From Collinsella sp. (GTDB lineage: Bacteria > Actinomycetota > Coriobacteriia > Coriobacteriales > Coriobacteriaceae), in assembly GCA_048207125.1 (NCBI GenBank), contig DBEWRE010000003.1, positions 3,846 through 67,845 on the forward strand: a stretch of DNA of 64,000 nucleotides, written 5' to 3'. A program made the position numbers and the translations under genes. Below, in pieces: positions 53,930-63,515 of the stretch (its first letter is position 1; every line of letters starts with the position of its first letter). Under the pieces are notes generated by a model. It was not told the origin of the DNA, searched no databases, and was given only the letters and a program-made list of their open reading frames with translations.

Positions 53930-55603
53930 CTAATCCACCATTGTAGTAGATGCGCTATCACCTGTGTGCTCGCGCGGGAGATGAATCGTAAAAGTTGTAC
54001 CCTTTCCAAGCTCCGACTCCACGGAGATGAACCCGTGGTGACGCTCGACGATCTGCTTGGTGACCGCAAGGCCGACGCCCAGGCCGCCGGCTTCGCGCGC
54101 GCGGCTGGCATCTGCGCGCCAGAAGCGACCGAAGATGCGCGACAGGTCCTCCTTGGCGATACCGATGCCGGTATCGGAAACCGAGATCATCACGTGGCGG
54201 CGATCGGTGCGCACCGTCACCACAACCCAGCCGTCCTCGGGCGTGTACCGCATGGCGTTGCTCATGATGTTTATGACCGCCTGCGTGATCATGTCCGAAT
54301 CGACCTCGATGGTCACCTGCTTGCCAGCGGTCTCGTCCGCAAAACGCAAGTGGAGGTCGCGCTCGTGGAACAGCGGATGCTGCGCGTTCACGATGGTGCG
54401 CACCAGATTGGAGATGTCCACGGGTCGCAGGTTCATAGGAGCCGTGCGGTTCTCCATGCGCGACAGGTCGAGCATCTGCTGCACCAATCGCGACAGACGG
54501 CGCGTCTCGGACGCAACGGTCTCCAGATGCTCGTCATCGGTGGGCAGCACGCCGTCTTGCATGGCCTCGACCGTAGCGAGCATCGCCATCAACGGCGTGC
54601 GCAGCTCGTGGGCGACGTCGCTGGTGAGGCGGCGCTCGTGCTTGAGGTCCTTCTCAAGGGACGTCGCCATCTCGTCGAACGTCTCGCCCAGCTGGTCTAT
54701 CTCATCGTCCCCGCGCATATTGGTGCGGGCGGACAGGTCGCCGTCGCGAATCTGCTTCGCCGTCGAGGTGATACGGCGAATGGGATTGGTGAGCATGCTG
54801 GATACAAAGAAGCCGATCAGCAACGCGATGGCGATGGCGATAAAGGACGCGAGTCCCATGGCGTTAAACGTCTTCTCCCTAAATGCGGTGTCGGCCTTGG
54901 TAAGCAGCGCGTCGCTACCCAGCACCCACAGGCGAACGGTTCCGATCTTGACGCCTTCGCTGGTAACCACGGGCTCGGACACAGCGCCCTCTTGGTCGGT
55001 GGGCGCGGTGGAGACCAAGCTATGGGGCGGTTCGGAAGAAGAACCCGCATTCTTGGAAGCCGTCTGGGCGCTCACGGGCGCAGGAGCGGGCGGCGTACCT
55101 TGGGCTGAACTTTGAGACGCCGAGCCAGCTTGACTGGAAGCTTGCGCCTGCTCGGCGGCCTCGCGTTCCTGCTCGCGCTTTATCTCGGCGGCAAGCGACG
55201 CCGCGGGCCAGGTGTCGTCGTACACCACGTTGCCGGCAGCGTCGACTACCTGCATGCCTATATCGTCTGAAACCAGATTTGACTCGGCGATCGATGCCAG
55301 GTCGCCGGTAAACCAACCGCCGCGCTCCTCGTATCCAGCGGCGATTTTCTGGGCGGTTATCTGCGCGATCTCAACAACGTTGGCGCGCGTGTAATCCGAA
55401 AACGCGCCACCCCACACCACGGTGACGACGCATACCAAAACAAGCACCGTCATGAACGACGTCAGCGCGAAGGACAGTGCCATGCGCATGCCGTAGCTCA
55501 TCACGGTGCGTGAATCGGAACGAGGCGTGTTCCAGCTTGCGCGGGAACCCGCCTCGTCGGACTGTTTATGCTTTTGATCGAGGACGAGTCGAGCCGGCAG
55601 CAT
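53930..55603 (-). CDS. sensor histidine kinase (HAMP-HisKA-HATPase_c)
   Basis: 557 aa with two TM helices flanking an extracytoplasmic region that contains a Ser/Gln/Ala/Pro-rich insert. H-box VAHELRTPL; N, G1 and G2 boxes (NAMRYTP, DTGIGI, GGLGVGLAV). Its ATG overlaps the regulator stop (TAATG). Confidence 0.88.
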   Translation of the reverse strand: MLPARLVLDQKHKQSDEAGSRASWNTPRSDSRTVMSYGMRMALSFALTSFMTVLVLVCVVTVVWGGAFSDYTRANVVEIAQITAQKIAAGYEERGGWFTGDLASIAESNLVSDDIGMQVVDAAGNVVYDDTWPAASLAAEIKREQEREAAEQAQASSQAGSASQSSAQGTPPAPAPVSAQTASKNAGSSSEPPHSLVSTAPTDQEGAVSEPVVTSEGVKIGTVRLWVLGSDALLTKADTAFREKTFNAMGLASFIAIAIALLIGFFVSSMLTNPIRRITSTAKQIRDGDLSARTNMRGDDEIDQLGETFDEMATSLEKDLKHERRLTSDVAHELRTPLMAMLATVEAMQDGVLPTDDEHLETVASETRRLSRLVQQMLDLSRMENRTAPMNLRPVDISNLVRTIVNAQHPLFHERDLHLRFADETAGKQVTIEVDSDMITQAVINIMSNAMRYTPEDGWVVVTVRTDRRHVMISVSDTGIGIAKEDLSRIFGRFWRADASRAREAGGLGVGLAVTKQIVERHHGFISVESELGKGTTFTIHLPREHTGDSASTTMVD

Positions 55604-56334
55604 TACTTCGCGCCGTCTTGCTTATCGTCCGCGAACTTGGCCGGGGCCTCAAAACGGTAGCCTACGCCGTGAACCGTGTAGAGCCACTTGGGATGCTTGG
55701 GGTCATCGCCCAGCTTGGCGCGCAGATTCTTGACGTGGCTATCGATGGTGCGCTCGTAGCCCTCGAAATCGTAGCCAAGCACCTTCTCGACCAGCTCCAT
55801 GCGGTTGTAGACGCGGCCGGGGTGGCGTGCCAGGGTGGTGAGCAGCTTGAACTCGGAAGCGGTGAGGTCGACTTCCTTGCCGTCGACCAAAATCTTGTGG
55901 CCGGAGATATCGATCACCAGGTCACCGAAGTCCAAGACCTCGACCTGCGGCTCGTCTGCCAGATGGGTGCGACGGAACAGCGCGCGCACGCGGGCAACCA
56001 GCTCGCGAGGGGAGAAGGGCTTGATCAGGTAATCGTCCGCGCCGAGCTCCAGACCGATGATGCGGTCCTCGACCTCGCCCTTGGCGGTCAGCATAATGAT
56101 GGGCACGTCCGAGGTGTCGCGGATGGCACGGCAAACGCGCTCGCCGGAGAGCTTGGGAAGCATGAGGTCGAGAACGATAAGGTCGAACTGGTGCTTCTCG
56201 AACTCTTCCACGGCGGACTGGCCATCGCCTACGCCAACAACCCAATATCCCTCGCGCTCGAGGTAGGCCGCAACGGCATCGCGAATCGCCTTCTCGTCTT
56301 CAACGAGCAGAATTTTCCTTGCGTCCGAAGCCAT
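55603..56334 (-). CDS. OmpR/PhoB family response regulator
   Basis: 243 aa. The receiver domain has LLVEDE and DLIVLDLMLP. The C-terminal winged-helix domain has LTASEFKLL and TVHGVGYRF. ATG with TAAGGAGG SD. Confidence 0.92.
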   Translation of the reverse strand: MASDARKILLVEDEKAIRDAVAAYLEREGYWVVGVGDGQSAVEEFEKHQFDLIVLDLMLPKLSGERVCRAIRDTSDVPIIMLTAKGEVEDRIIGLELGADDYLIKPFSPRELVARVRALFRRTHLADEPQVEVLDFGDLVIDISGHKILVDGKEVDLTASEFKLLTTLARHPGRVYNRMELVEKVLGYDFEGYERTIDSHVKNLRAKLGDDPKHPKWLYTVHGVGYRFEAPAKFADDKQDGAK

Positions 56335-56553
56335 ATTGAGGCCTCCTTATCTCATAAGATGCGAACCAGACTATTTTATCGTAGAGAGCGGGGCGCAGGT
56401 TGCCCGGTTGCGCATTGCATCGCCAAGCGGACCGGCGCGTCTCCGCGACCCCGGTCTTCTCGACTGTTACAACACGCGCCCTGAAAACTCTGGCGGCGTC
56501 TCTAACGTATCATTATGCCCAACTTTATCAGTTGCGTATCACTCGCGCACCAT

Positions 56554-57186
56554 ATGAGGGGGTATTCCGCGTTGTATAGGATTCGATTGGCAAGCCGAGA
56601 AGATGCCGCAGCCGTACTCGACATGTATTCCCCCTACGTAACCTCGACCACGGTGAGTTTCGAGGTCGTGCCTCCCTCTGTGGACGAATATGCCGAGCGC
56701 ATCCAATCGGCCCTTGATCACCACACCTTTTTAGTATTGGAAAGCGTGTGCGGAGATGAATCGGCGACGAACGTCGGCGACATCGTTGGCTTTGCCTCCT
56801 ACGGCCCCTTTGGCCATCGCATCGCATATCAATGGTCTGCAGAGATTTCCATCTATCTAAAGCAGGGACTCACGGGAAGGGGCCTGGGCGCCCACCTGCT
56901 CGACGCTCTTGAGAAGATCATGGCGAGCGCCGGCATCACAAACAGCGAATCATGCATTTGCAGCGAGAACACCGGGTCGATTGAGTTCCATCGCCGTCAC
57001 GGCTATCGAACGTGCGCGGAATTCACCGATTGCGCTAGCAAGTTCGGCAGGTGGCTTGGCATCCAATGGCTCGAAAAGCATCTGGCGCCGCATCCGGCGA
57101 ACCCAGAGCCGCCGCGAGTCCCCGCGCCTCAAGATTGCGAGCGTATCCTTGCCGCGGCAAACGCGCGACTCTCCCGCGAACTGTAG
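56554..57186 (+). CDS. GNAT family N-acetyltransferase (phosphinothricin acetyltransferase-like)
   Basis: 210 aa from the ATG at 56554. The N-terminus IRLASREDAAAVLDMYSPYV..TTVSFE and the motif LTGRGLGAHLLDALE fit PAT-type GNATs. Confidence 0.75.
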   Translation: MRGYSALYRIRLASREDAAAVLDMYSPYVTSTTVSFEVVPPSVDEYAERIQSALDHHTFLVLESVCGDESATNVGDIVGFASYGPFGHRIAYQWSAEISIYLKQGLTGRGLGAHLLDALEKIMASAGITNSESCICSENTGSIEFHRRHGYRTCAEFTDCASKFGRWLGIQWLEKHLAPHPANPEPPRVPAPQDCERILAAANARLSREL

Positions 57187-57197
57187 CGGCGACCCAT

Positions 57198-57247
57198 GGG
57201 CTGCGGCCCCATACCGTCGTTGCCGGACCGTAGCCGAGCCGCAGCCC
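57198..57247. terminator. perfect 10-bp hairpin in convergent spacer (no U tract)
   Basis: GGGCTGCGGC (57198..57207) pairs with GCCGCAGCCC (57238..57247) across a 30-nt loop. It lies between the converging GNAT and lipoprotein genes. Confidence 0.4.
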
Positions 57248-57255
57248 AGCAACGC

Positions 57256-58473
57256 CTAGATCGCAAATAGGCGCGCCGTCACGCTCTGGGGTATGCCTTG
57301 CGCGTCGCGCACCGTCGAGTACACCAGGAACTGCGAGGTATGGCCCTCGCTTGCAGGATAGTCTCCAAAACTAAGCGAGTGATCTGGACTTGAGATGGCG
57401 TCATAGGTGCTCTCGGCCGTGTCGACGATATAGTGCGCGGACTGCGTCTTGATATAGAAGCGGTTCGCGTTGAACGACGCCCACGCAGCGGGCTCTCGAC
57501 TAAAGTAAACGTACGGTTCGCCCTCTCGTCCTATATACGTCCCCATATTGCCCAGGCTGCCGCCGTAGTTGTAGCTCGCCTCGATAGAGAAGACAAACTT
57601 CTCACCGGTATAGACTGCATCGAACGGCCTGATAGACGCAGGGAGGACCAGCTGGTCGAGCTGCTTGTGCTTGTCATCGTCCAAATCTACAGCCGTCAAG
57701 CCGTAATATGTGCCCTCTTCATTAAGCACGCGCGGAGCGATGGTGAGGATGTTGTCGGAGACGCGCGGATGCGTGGCAAACCTACCGATGGACTCCCACA
57801 GCTCCGAACCCTTCTTGTCGCCCACATGCCAGCGCAGGCAATGGGAGGCGGACGAGCTCTTGGATCCCGTCGCCAGCGGCATCTTTTGCCAGATGACGGA
57901 ATCGCCCGTCACCGTGAACATAGGGGGCTCCCAGTCGACGTCGCCCGAATCAAGCTCCGTTGGCTCCCCGGTAAGCGACCCCTCTGCAAAGCCCTGACCG
58001 TATAGCTTCCAATCACGGGAGTTGTAATCTATCTCGACCCATGCGAAGGCCGAAGACCCGCAGCGCACGTCGAAAAAGGTGTAGAGACGTCCGTTAAGCG
58101 CCTCTTCGCGAACCGTGGTGAGCGCACCGGACGCAAGGGAGAGCACTCCCAGGGTATTGGGATGAAGGGCGCTCTCCGGCGTGAGCATGGCAGCAGCCCA
58201 GGACCCCTCGCAATGGAACAGCACGGTGCCCAGGGGCAGGGTCCATGTTTGAGCGGCGACGAGTCCAAAGTCCTGGGCTTTGAAATCGTCCAAGACGGAG
58301 ATTATCGATTCATCATCTATTTCCTGCGGCTCGCCCGTCGGTTTCTTCTTCTCGTCATCGCCTCCGCATGCGGAAAGACCCGACGCGGCGGCAACCGCGC
58401 CGGCGGCGGCCACGGTGCCCAAAGCGAAGCGCCTGCGGCTGAATCCCTTGTATTCTCCCTGGAACAGGCCCAT
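57256..58473 (-). CDS. hypothetical Tat-signal lipoprotein (beta-rich, possibly propeller-like)
   Basis: 405 aa from the ATG at 58473 (GGAGG at 9 nt). Twin-arginine motif SRRRFALG followed by lipobox LSAC. The mature part is beta-strand rich. No family recognised. Confidence 0.6.
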   Translation of the reverse strand: MGLFQGEYKGFSRRRFALGTVAAAGAVAAASGLSACGGDDEKKKPTGEPQEIDDESIISVLDDFKAQDFGLVAAQTWTLPLGTVLFHCEGSWAAAMLTPESALHPNTLGVLSLASGALTTVREEALNGRLYTFFDVRCGSSAFAWVEIDYNSRDWKLYGQGFAEGSLTGEPTELDSGDVDWEPPMFTVTGDSVIWQKMPLATGSKSSSASHCLRWHVGDKKGSELWESIGRFATHPRVSDNILTIAPRVLNEEGTYYGLTAVDLDDDKHKQLDQLVLPASIRPFDAVYTGEKFVFSIEASYNYGGSLGNMGTYIGREGEPYVYFSREPAAWASFNANRFYIKTQSAHYIVDTAESTYDAISSPDHSLSFGDYPASEGHTSQFLVYSTVRDAQGIPQSVTARLFAI

Positions 58474-58477
58474 CGAC

Positions 58478-58738
58478 TTACGCCTCCGCAGCGGCTTCGC
58501 GCAAAGCAAGGGTCAGCTGGTCGGCGCAGGACGTGGCTCGAGGACCGCAGGTGTTGCCCTGCAGCAACTCGACCACCTGATCGACCGGCATACCGGCGAC
58601 AAGCTTACCGATAGCCTTGAGGTTACCGTTGCAACCGCCGACGAAAGACACGCTTTCGATCGTCTTGCCGTCATCGGAAAGGTCGACGTGGATGGAGCGG
58701 GCGCAGACGCCGCGGGGCTTGAAGTCATGAGAGATCAT
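58478..58738 (-). CDS. TSCPD-domain small protein (TIGR03905-like, 4-Cys)
   Basis: 86 aa. The pattern PRGVCARSIHVDLSDDGKTIESVSFVGGCNGNLKAI...GNTCGPRATSCADQL matches the small stand-alone TSCPD family as I remember it. Confidence 0.7.
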   Translation of the reverse strand: MISHDFKPRGVCARSIHVDLSDDGKTIESVSFVGGCNGNLKAIGKLVAGMPVDQVVELLQGNTCGPRATSCADQLTLALREAAAEA

Positions 58739-58846
58739 GAGGGTCTCCTTACAGGGTTTTCCTATATCAATCTCACTTATTATCCCCGCTCGACATGCCG
58801 AAGGCGAACCTTCTTACCTAGAGCACACATATATATAAGAGATGAT

Positions 58847-59320
58847 TTACTTGCAGAATTTCACCATGGTCTCAACCATGGACTCGGGGGTATCTTGAGC
58901 CAGCACCTCCTTGCAGGATGCCTCGTCCATGAAGATACCCATCAACGCCTGGAGAATGAAGACCTGCCCCTCGGCATGGGCGAGGAGTCCCAGATTGACG
59001 ATGAGCTCGGCAGGAACCGGATCCCCTATGCCACCCATTCCTTCAAAAACGATGGGATTCTTTGGCTTGATAACGGCAATATAGGGCTTGATAAGATGCT
59101 CGGGCTCAACATGCGGAATCGCGACGTTTACAGCCTGGCAGGCAAGGCCAGTTGGATAGTTGGCCTCGCGTTCCATAATGGCATCGAACCACGTATCCTT
59201 GATATAGCCAAGGGAATCGAGCTCTGCCCCCAACTTTTTAAAGAAATCCTCGCGATCGGTCGCCTCAAAATCAAAAAACACAAGCTCAGGTTTAAAAAGG
59301 CTGGTATCAACTGCAGACAT
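58847..59320 (-). CDS. gatA: PTS EIIA component, galactitol/fructose (PTS_EIIA_2) family
   Basis: 157 aa. The region REANYPTGL...VAIPHVEPEH carries the phospho-His, as in E. coli GatA. ATG with GAAAGGA SD. The substrate is unknown. Confidence 0.8.
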   Translation of the reverse strand: MSAVDTSLFKPELVFFDFEATDREDFFKKLGAELDSLGYIKDTWFDAIMEREANYPTGLACQAVNVAIPHVEPEHLIKPYIAVIKPKNPIVFEGMGGIGDPVPAELIVNLGLLAHAEGQVFILQALMGIFMDEASCKEVLAQDTPESMVETMVKFCK

Positions 59321-59394
59321 GATGGTCCTTTCATATTGTCGCCGTGCATGGCAATCATCCGGATCCGCCGCCTACTGCGCAGCGGACATCGCTC

Positions 59395-59429
59395 TAAAAA
59401 ACCGCGGGGACGATGACCCGCCCCCGCGG
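59395..59429 (-). terminator. strong Rho-independent terminator between aldolase and EIIA genes
   Basis: Perfect 8-bp GC stem CCGCGGGG / CCCCGCGG (59402..59409 and 59422..59429). On the minus strand it is followed by TTTTTTAG. It lies 14 nt after the aldolase stop. Confidence 0.7.
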
Positions 59430-59442
59430 CCCCGGGGGTGGG

Positions 59443-60336
59443 CTAGGCAAGCGGCTCCGCGCCGTTGGCGAAGACGCGGATGACCTGGCTGAAATCATCA
59501 AGCAAGCGCTTGTAGGCAGCGGTGGTCATATCATGCCAATACACAACGGCGGCCGGGTCGTTAGCGCGGCGTTCCTTAACCAGATCGCACACGCTTTCTC
59601 CGGCGTACTTTACTCCATACGTGTAGTAGTTGATCTTGCGAATGCCGGCATCGATGGCCTTGTGATAGTCCTCATCGGACACTCCGGATCCACCATGCAT
59701 GACCAGCGGAACCTTAATGCGCTCGCGAATCTGGTTGAGAACCTCGAAAGACAGCTGGGGTTCCCCCCGATACAGACCGTGAACGGTACCAAAGGAGCAG
59801 GCGAGAATATCCAGACCGGTCGAGGAGGCAAACTCGAGAGCCTGACCGGGATCGGTATACGTCGCGCCCATCCCCCCAACGGAGGCCGCATCCCCCTCTT
59901 CAAGAAGATCTCCCTCGCGTGCGCCAAGGCTGCCAAGCTCGCACTCAAGGCCGCAATCAAAACCAGCGCACATAGCCGCGGCGCGGGCAGAGTTAGCGAC
60001 ATTCTGCTCATAAGGCAGCGCGGATCCATCAAACATCGCGCCGTTGAAACCCATCTCCAACGCACGGCGCATGTATGAAAGGTTCTCGCAATGATCAAGG
60101 TGCACGCATACCTGCGCGCTGGAACGCTCTGCAAGAGCAACCATGGCGGGACCCATGACGTCAAGCGGGGCGATGTTCTCGTGGCACTCGGCATGCTGGA
60201 TAATCACAGGATAACCCGTGAACTCGGCCGCATCTATAGCGGCGCGAACCGCTTCCAGGCTCGGCGTGTTGAATGCCGCGATCGCCATATTGTTCTGCTC
60301 GGCGATAGCGCAGATGTCACGAAGGTTGACAAGCAT
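59443..60336 (-). CDS. class II ketose-bisphosphate aldolase (GatY/KbaY/FBA family)
   Basis: 297 aa from the ATG at 60336 (GGGAGGAAAGGA SD). Motifs: VHLDHC, MFDGS, ECELG, HGGSG. The 403-aa track ORF is an upstream extension. Confidence 0.88.
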   Translation of the reverse strand: MLVNLRDICAIAEQNNMAIAAFNTPSLEAVRAAIDAAEFTGYPVIIQHAECHENIAPLDVMGPAMVALAERSSAQVCVHLDHCENLSYMRRALEMGFNGAMFDGSALPYEQNVANSARAAAMCAGFDCGLECELGSLGAREGDLLEEGDAASVGGMGATYTDPGQALEFASSTGLDILACSFGTVHGLYRGEPQLSFEVLNQIRERIKVPLVMHGGSGVSDEDYHKAIDAGIRKINYYTYGVKYAGESVCDLVKERRANDPAAVVYWHDMTTAAYKRLLDDFSQVIRVFANGAEPLA

Positions 60337-60415
60337 GGTAATTCCTTTCCTCCCAATACTCGGCCGTCGATGCTCCCAGCGGCGAGCGCGGGGGCTCAGC
60401 AGGACTTGATTGCAC

Positions 60416-60994
60416 TTACTTTTTCTTTCGCTGGTGACGACGAGATTCTGGACGAGTTTTATCGGCGGCATCATCTTCGAGGTCGGCGGCCTTACGCGCC
60501 TCCACAGCTCGCGCGCGAACGCGCAGGTTATCCGGATCGAGCCGCGCCTCCGTTTCCAAAAAGAACCTATACAGCCGTTCCGCATTGTTGCCCGACGCAT
60601 CATGCATGTCCCCGCAGCCCACAAAGTATCGTCCACGAAGAATTCCTCCGCCATTTATCCTGACGTAGGCGCTGAGCGTCGTTCTGTTCTCACGCACCTG
60701 CAACCGCCGGATCTCTTCGAGCGGATAGACATCGGTTCGTCCAAACGAATAAAACGTCAATGCGTTATCGTCAAGCGAAGCGGTAGCTGGATACGTTCTG
60801 GCAATTAGTGTGTTGAACAGCGTATATGCTGACACAATAAGAAAAATGAGCGCCACGGGCACCAAAAAGCGCGCCGCAATCATAAGGGTCGCGGTCGGGA
60901 TCGCAACCGCGGACAACACCGCCGGAATCCGCACATCAAATAGATAGCGACGTGCGTCATAGCTGTACAAGATGCCGTTGGCGTTCTCTTCCAC
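60416..60994 (-). CDS. hypothetical membrane protein embedded in the PTS locus
   Basis: 192 aa; GTG start with GAAAGGTGA SD. It has two N-terminal TM helices, then a soluble region and a Lys/Arg/Asp-rich tail. GC is visibly lower than in flanking genes. No family recognised. Confidence 0.5.
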   Translation of the reverse strand: MEENANGILYSYDARRYLFDVRIPAVLSAVAIPTATLMIAARFLVPVALIFLIVSAYTLFNTLIARTYPATASLDDNALTFYSFGRTDVYPLEEIRRLQVRENRTTLSAYVRINGGGILRGRYFVGCGDMHDASGNNAERLYRFFLETEARLDPDNLRVRARAVEARKAADLEDDAADKTRPESRRHQRKKK

Positions 60995-61137
60995 TTCTCA
61001 CCTTTCAGATCGCGGACCATTTCAATTGCCGGCTGCCAATCGCATTCGATAGAAGAACCGCGCCCGCGTCCAGGTTGAACAAGCGTGCGCGGTTCTAACA
61101 ATCATCTCTTTGGAATAAGGAATGCGGTCACTATGCT

Positions 61138-62544
61138 TTACGCCTCAGCGTGCAGCTCCTTGGCTTCCTTGATAATACGGGCGCGGTTCCACAGGGCGAA
61201 AGCAATCGCCGCGACACCGGTCACGCCAAGGCAGAGCCAGCCGTTGATGTTGCTCAGGAACACAAAGATGAACGTAAGCGGGTTGGCGCCATCGCAGAGC
61301 GAGGAGATCAGAGCGTTCGCGCTACCGGCGGCGGCTGCGATATCGAAGCCGGACTGCAGGGCGGCCGCGGTCTGGAACGGAGCCATATACGTAGCGATGA
61401 GCAGGCCGACGGCGAGAACAACGATGCCGACGATGAGGCCGCGGAAGCCGTTCTGGTTCACGATGGGGGTAACAAGAACAAGCATGTAGGTAGCGACGGA
61501 AAGGTCGACCAGCGGAATGACCTGGTTACCCAAGGGTTGAAGGACAACAGCGAGCAGCAACATGACTGGTACGAGGATCAGGGCGAGGGACAGGGTCACG
61601 GGGTGGCCGACGCCCACGGCGGAATCAAGGCCGATGTAAATCTTACCGCGGTTGGGCATGTGCTTCTGGATGAAAGCGGAAGCGGCGTCGGAAATTGGGA
61701 GCAGGCCCTCCATCAGCAGGGAGGCCATGCGCGGGATGAGCACCAGGACGGCACCCAGGGAAACGCCGAGGACCAGAATCTGGGTGACGGAGCCGGTGAT
61801 GTCGGCGGGATCGAAATAGGCAATCACGCCAATTACGAGGCCGATGATGGTGCCGATAAAGATCGGCTCACCAAAGACGCCGAACTTCTTCTGCATGGAC
61901 TCGACATCGAGGTTGATATCGCGGACACCGGGAATCCTGTCGATGACCCAGTTAACCGCCATCGCGATGGGAGCGAACGCCGCGGTAAAGCCATGGGGAA
62001 GAGAGACTCCGGGCATGCCGAGGGACTTCTCAACCTGGGGCGCGGTGATGTCACCCAAGATCAAGACGATGACCTCGTTGATGACGGCGGCGGCAAAACC
62101 AATGGCCACGTTATCGGTAATGATGGCAACGATGGAGCCGGTGAACGCGAAGTGCCAGTAGTTCCAAATGTCGACATCGACGGTCTGCGTGGTGTTGGTG
62201 AACAGCATAACCAGGTTCACAAGCAGAGCGAGCGGGATGATAAACATACCAACCGTCGTTCCCATGGCGATGGCGGAAGACGCCGGCCAGCCCACGTCGA
62301 TGACGGAGAGGGCCAGGCCAAACTTCTCGACCATCGTGGTGACGGCGGGAACAAGGCTGGTGCCCAAAAGATTGTTGATGATCAGGTTGAGTCCGATGAA
62401 CCCGACACCAACCGTCAGACCCGCCTTTAGGCTCTTACCAAAGCCCGCGCCCAAGGCGGCGCCGATAACCGTGATGATGACGGGCATCATCACCGAGACG
62501 CCGAGACCCTGAATAAAAGAAAAGAAACCCAGGATTGCATCCAT
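61138..62544 (-). CDS. gatC: PTS EIIC component, galactitol (GatC) family
   Basis: 468 aa and polytopic. The segment VIDVGWPASSAIAMG...VDVDIWNYWHFAFTG closely parallels E. coli GatC VVDVGWPGSSPMTW...NVDIWNIWHMTFTG. The substrate is unknown. Confidence 0.88.
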   Translation of the reverse strand: MDAILGFFSFIQGLGVSVMMPVIITVIGAALGAGFGKSLKAGLTVGVGFIGLNLIINNLLGTSLVPAVTTMVEKFGLALSVIDVGWPASSAIAMGTTVGMFIIPLALLVNLVMLFTNTTQTVDVDIWNYWHFAFTGSIVAIITDNVAIGFAAAVINEVIVLILGDITAPQVEKSLGMPGVSLPHGFTAAFAPIAMAVNWVIDRIPGVRDINLDVESMQKKFGVFGEPIFIGTIIGLVIGVIAYFDPADITGSVTQILVLGVSLGAVLVLIPRMASLLMEGLLPISDAASAFIQKHMPNRGKIYIGLDSAVGVGHPVTLSLALILVPVMLLLAVVLQPLGNQVIPLVDLSVATYMLVLVTPIVNQNGFRGLIVGIVVLAVGLLIATYMAPFQTAAALQSGFDIAAAAGSANALISSLCDGANPLTFIFVFLSNINGWLCLGVTGVAAIAFALWNRARIIKEAKELHAEA

Positions 62545-62594
62545 TGCGTATCCCCTTTGAACTAGGTGCTTACGAAGCGGAAATCTAGCTTTGG

Positions 62595-62879
62595 TTATTT
62601 CGCCATGACATCCAGAATCTTCTGCTGCGTATCAGCGACGCCCATGCCGGTTAGGAACGGCAGGCCGCTAATGAATTCGCACGTCACGCCAGCGGGAGCG
62701 ACGGTGGTCGCGATCAGCAGGTCAGCGTCGGCGCACTGCGAGGTAGCCTCGGCAATGGCGCATTGCACGATGTGGTACTGATTCGCATAGCCGTTTTCGT
62801 CCAGCAGCGTCGCGACCTTATGCGCAACGGCGGTGGATGTAGCGATGCCGGACCCGCAGGCCAAAACGATCTTCTTCAT
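62595..62879 (-). CDS. gatB: PTS EIIB component, galactitol (GatB) family
   Basis: 94 aa from the ATG at 62879 (AAGGAGT SD). MKKIVLACGSGIATST carries the phospho-Cys, as in GatB. Confidence 0.85.
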   Translation of the reverse strand: MKKIVLACGSGIATSTAVAHKVATLLDENGYANQYHIVQCAIAEATSQCADADLLIATTVAPAGVTCEFISGLPFLTGMGVADTQQKILDVMAK

Positions 62880-62990
62880 GATTAACTCCTTCCTTTGGAT
62901 TTTCATCGGCCGATATCAGCACGGTTACGAATTGCATATCGCAACCGACAGGTTGGTTTGCCGGCGACCTCACCGTGTCGCGCATCCAAC

Positions 62991-63512
62991 CTATTCGCCC
63001 ATAACCACGACTTTCACCTTGCGCGTACGCTCGCGGGTTCGGTCGAAGTCGACAAAGTAGATGCTGGCCAAGCCGTTCATCTCCAGCTTGCCGTCGGCGA
63101 CCTCAAACGTCTGGTTGCTGCCGATCAGCGTGGAGCGAAGGTGCGCGTCACCGTTCCAAAGCATCGTTCTGTCGCCTCCCGGCAGCCATGCTTCCAGGTT
63201 GGGCCAGGATTCAACTTCCTCAAAATGGCGAAGGCCGGGATAGCGATACGTATTCCAGTCATGCTGCTCGGGGAACACGCGCTCCAGTCCCGCATTGAGG
63301 TCCGCCTGGAGATACGTGTCGCCAGCGGGCGTGTAGTCGTGGTCGAATTCTTCAGAGAACACCGCGCAGGTGGTGTGGCAGGAAATGACCGTGACAACGC
63401 CCTCTTTGATTCCAGAGTTCTCGACAGCGCCGGCCACATCGGCCGTAACATCGACATACGTCGGCTTTCCGGCGAGCGTGTCCATCTTTACGATTTCCTT
63501 ATAGACAGCCAT
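62991..63512 (-). CDS. YjbQ/UPF0047 family protein (secondary thiamine-phosphate synthase-like)
   Basis: 173 aa. The pattern VDVTADVAGAVENSGIKEGVVTVISCHTTCAV...H is typical of YjbQ. ATG with TAAGGAGG SD, 3 nt after the upstream stop. Confidence 0.85.
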   Translation of the reverse strand: MAVYKEIVKMDTLAGKPTYVDVTADVAGAVENSGIKEGVVTVISCHTTCAVFSEEFDHDYTPAGDTYLQADLNAGLERVFPEQHDWNTYRYPGLRHFEEVESWPNLEAWLPGGDRTMLWNGDAHLRSTLIGSNQTFEVADGKLEMNGLASIYFVDFDRTRERTRKVKVVVMGE

Positions 63513-63515
63513 GCG

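Noticed and set aside
59443-60654. 403-aa version of the aldolase, and similar long N-terminal extensions of the aminopeptidase (to 52413), ftsH (to 42816), purC (to 53905) and the DUF362 gene (to 10688)
   Set aside because: In each case an internal start with a good SD coincides with the conserved family N-terminus. The extension overlaps the upstream gene or spacer.
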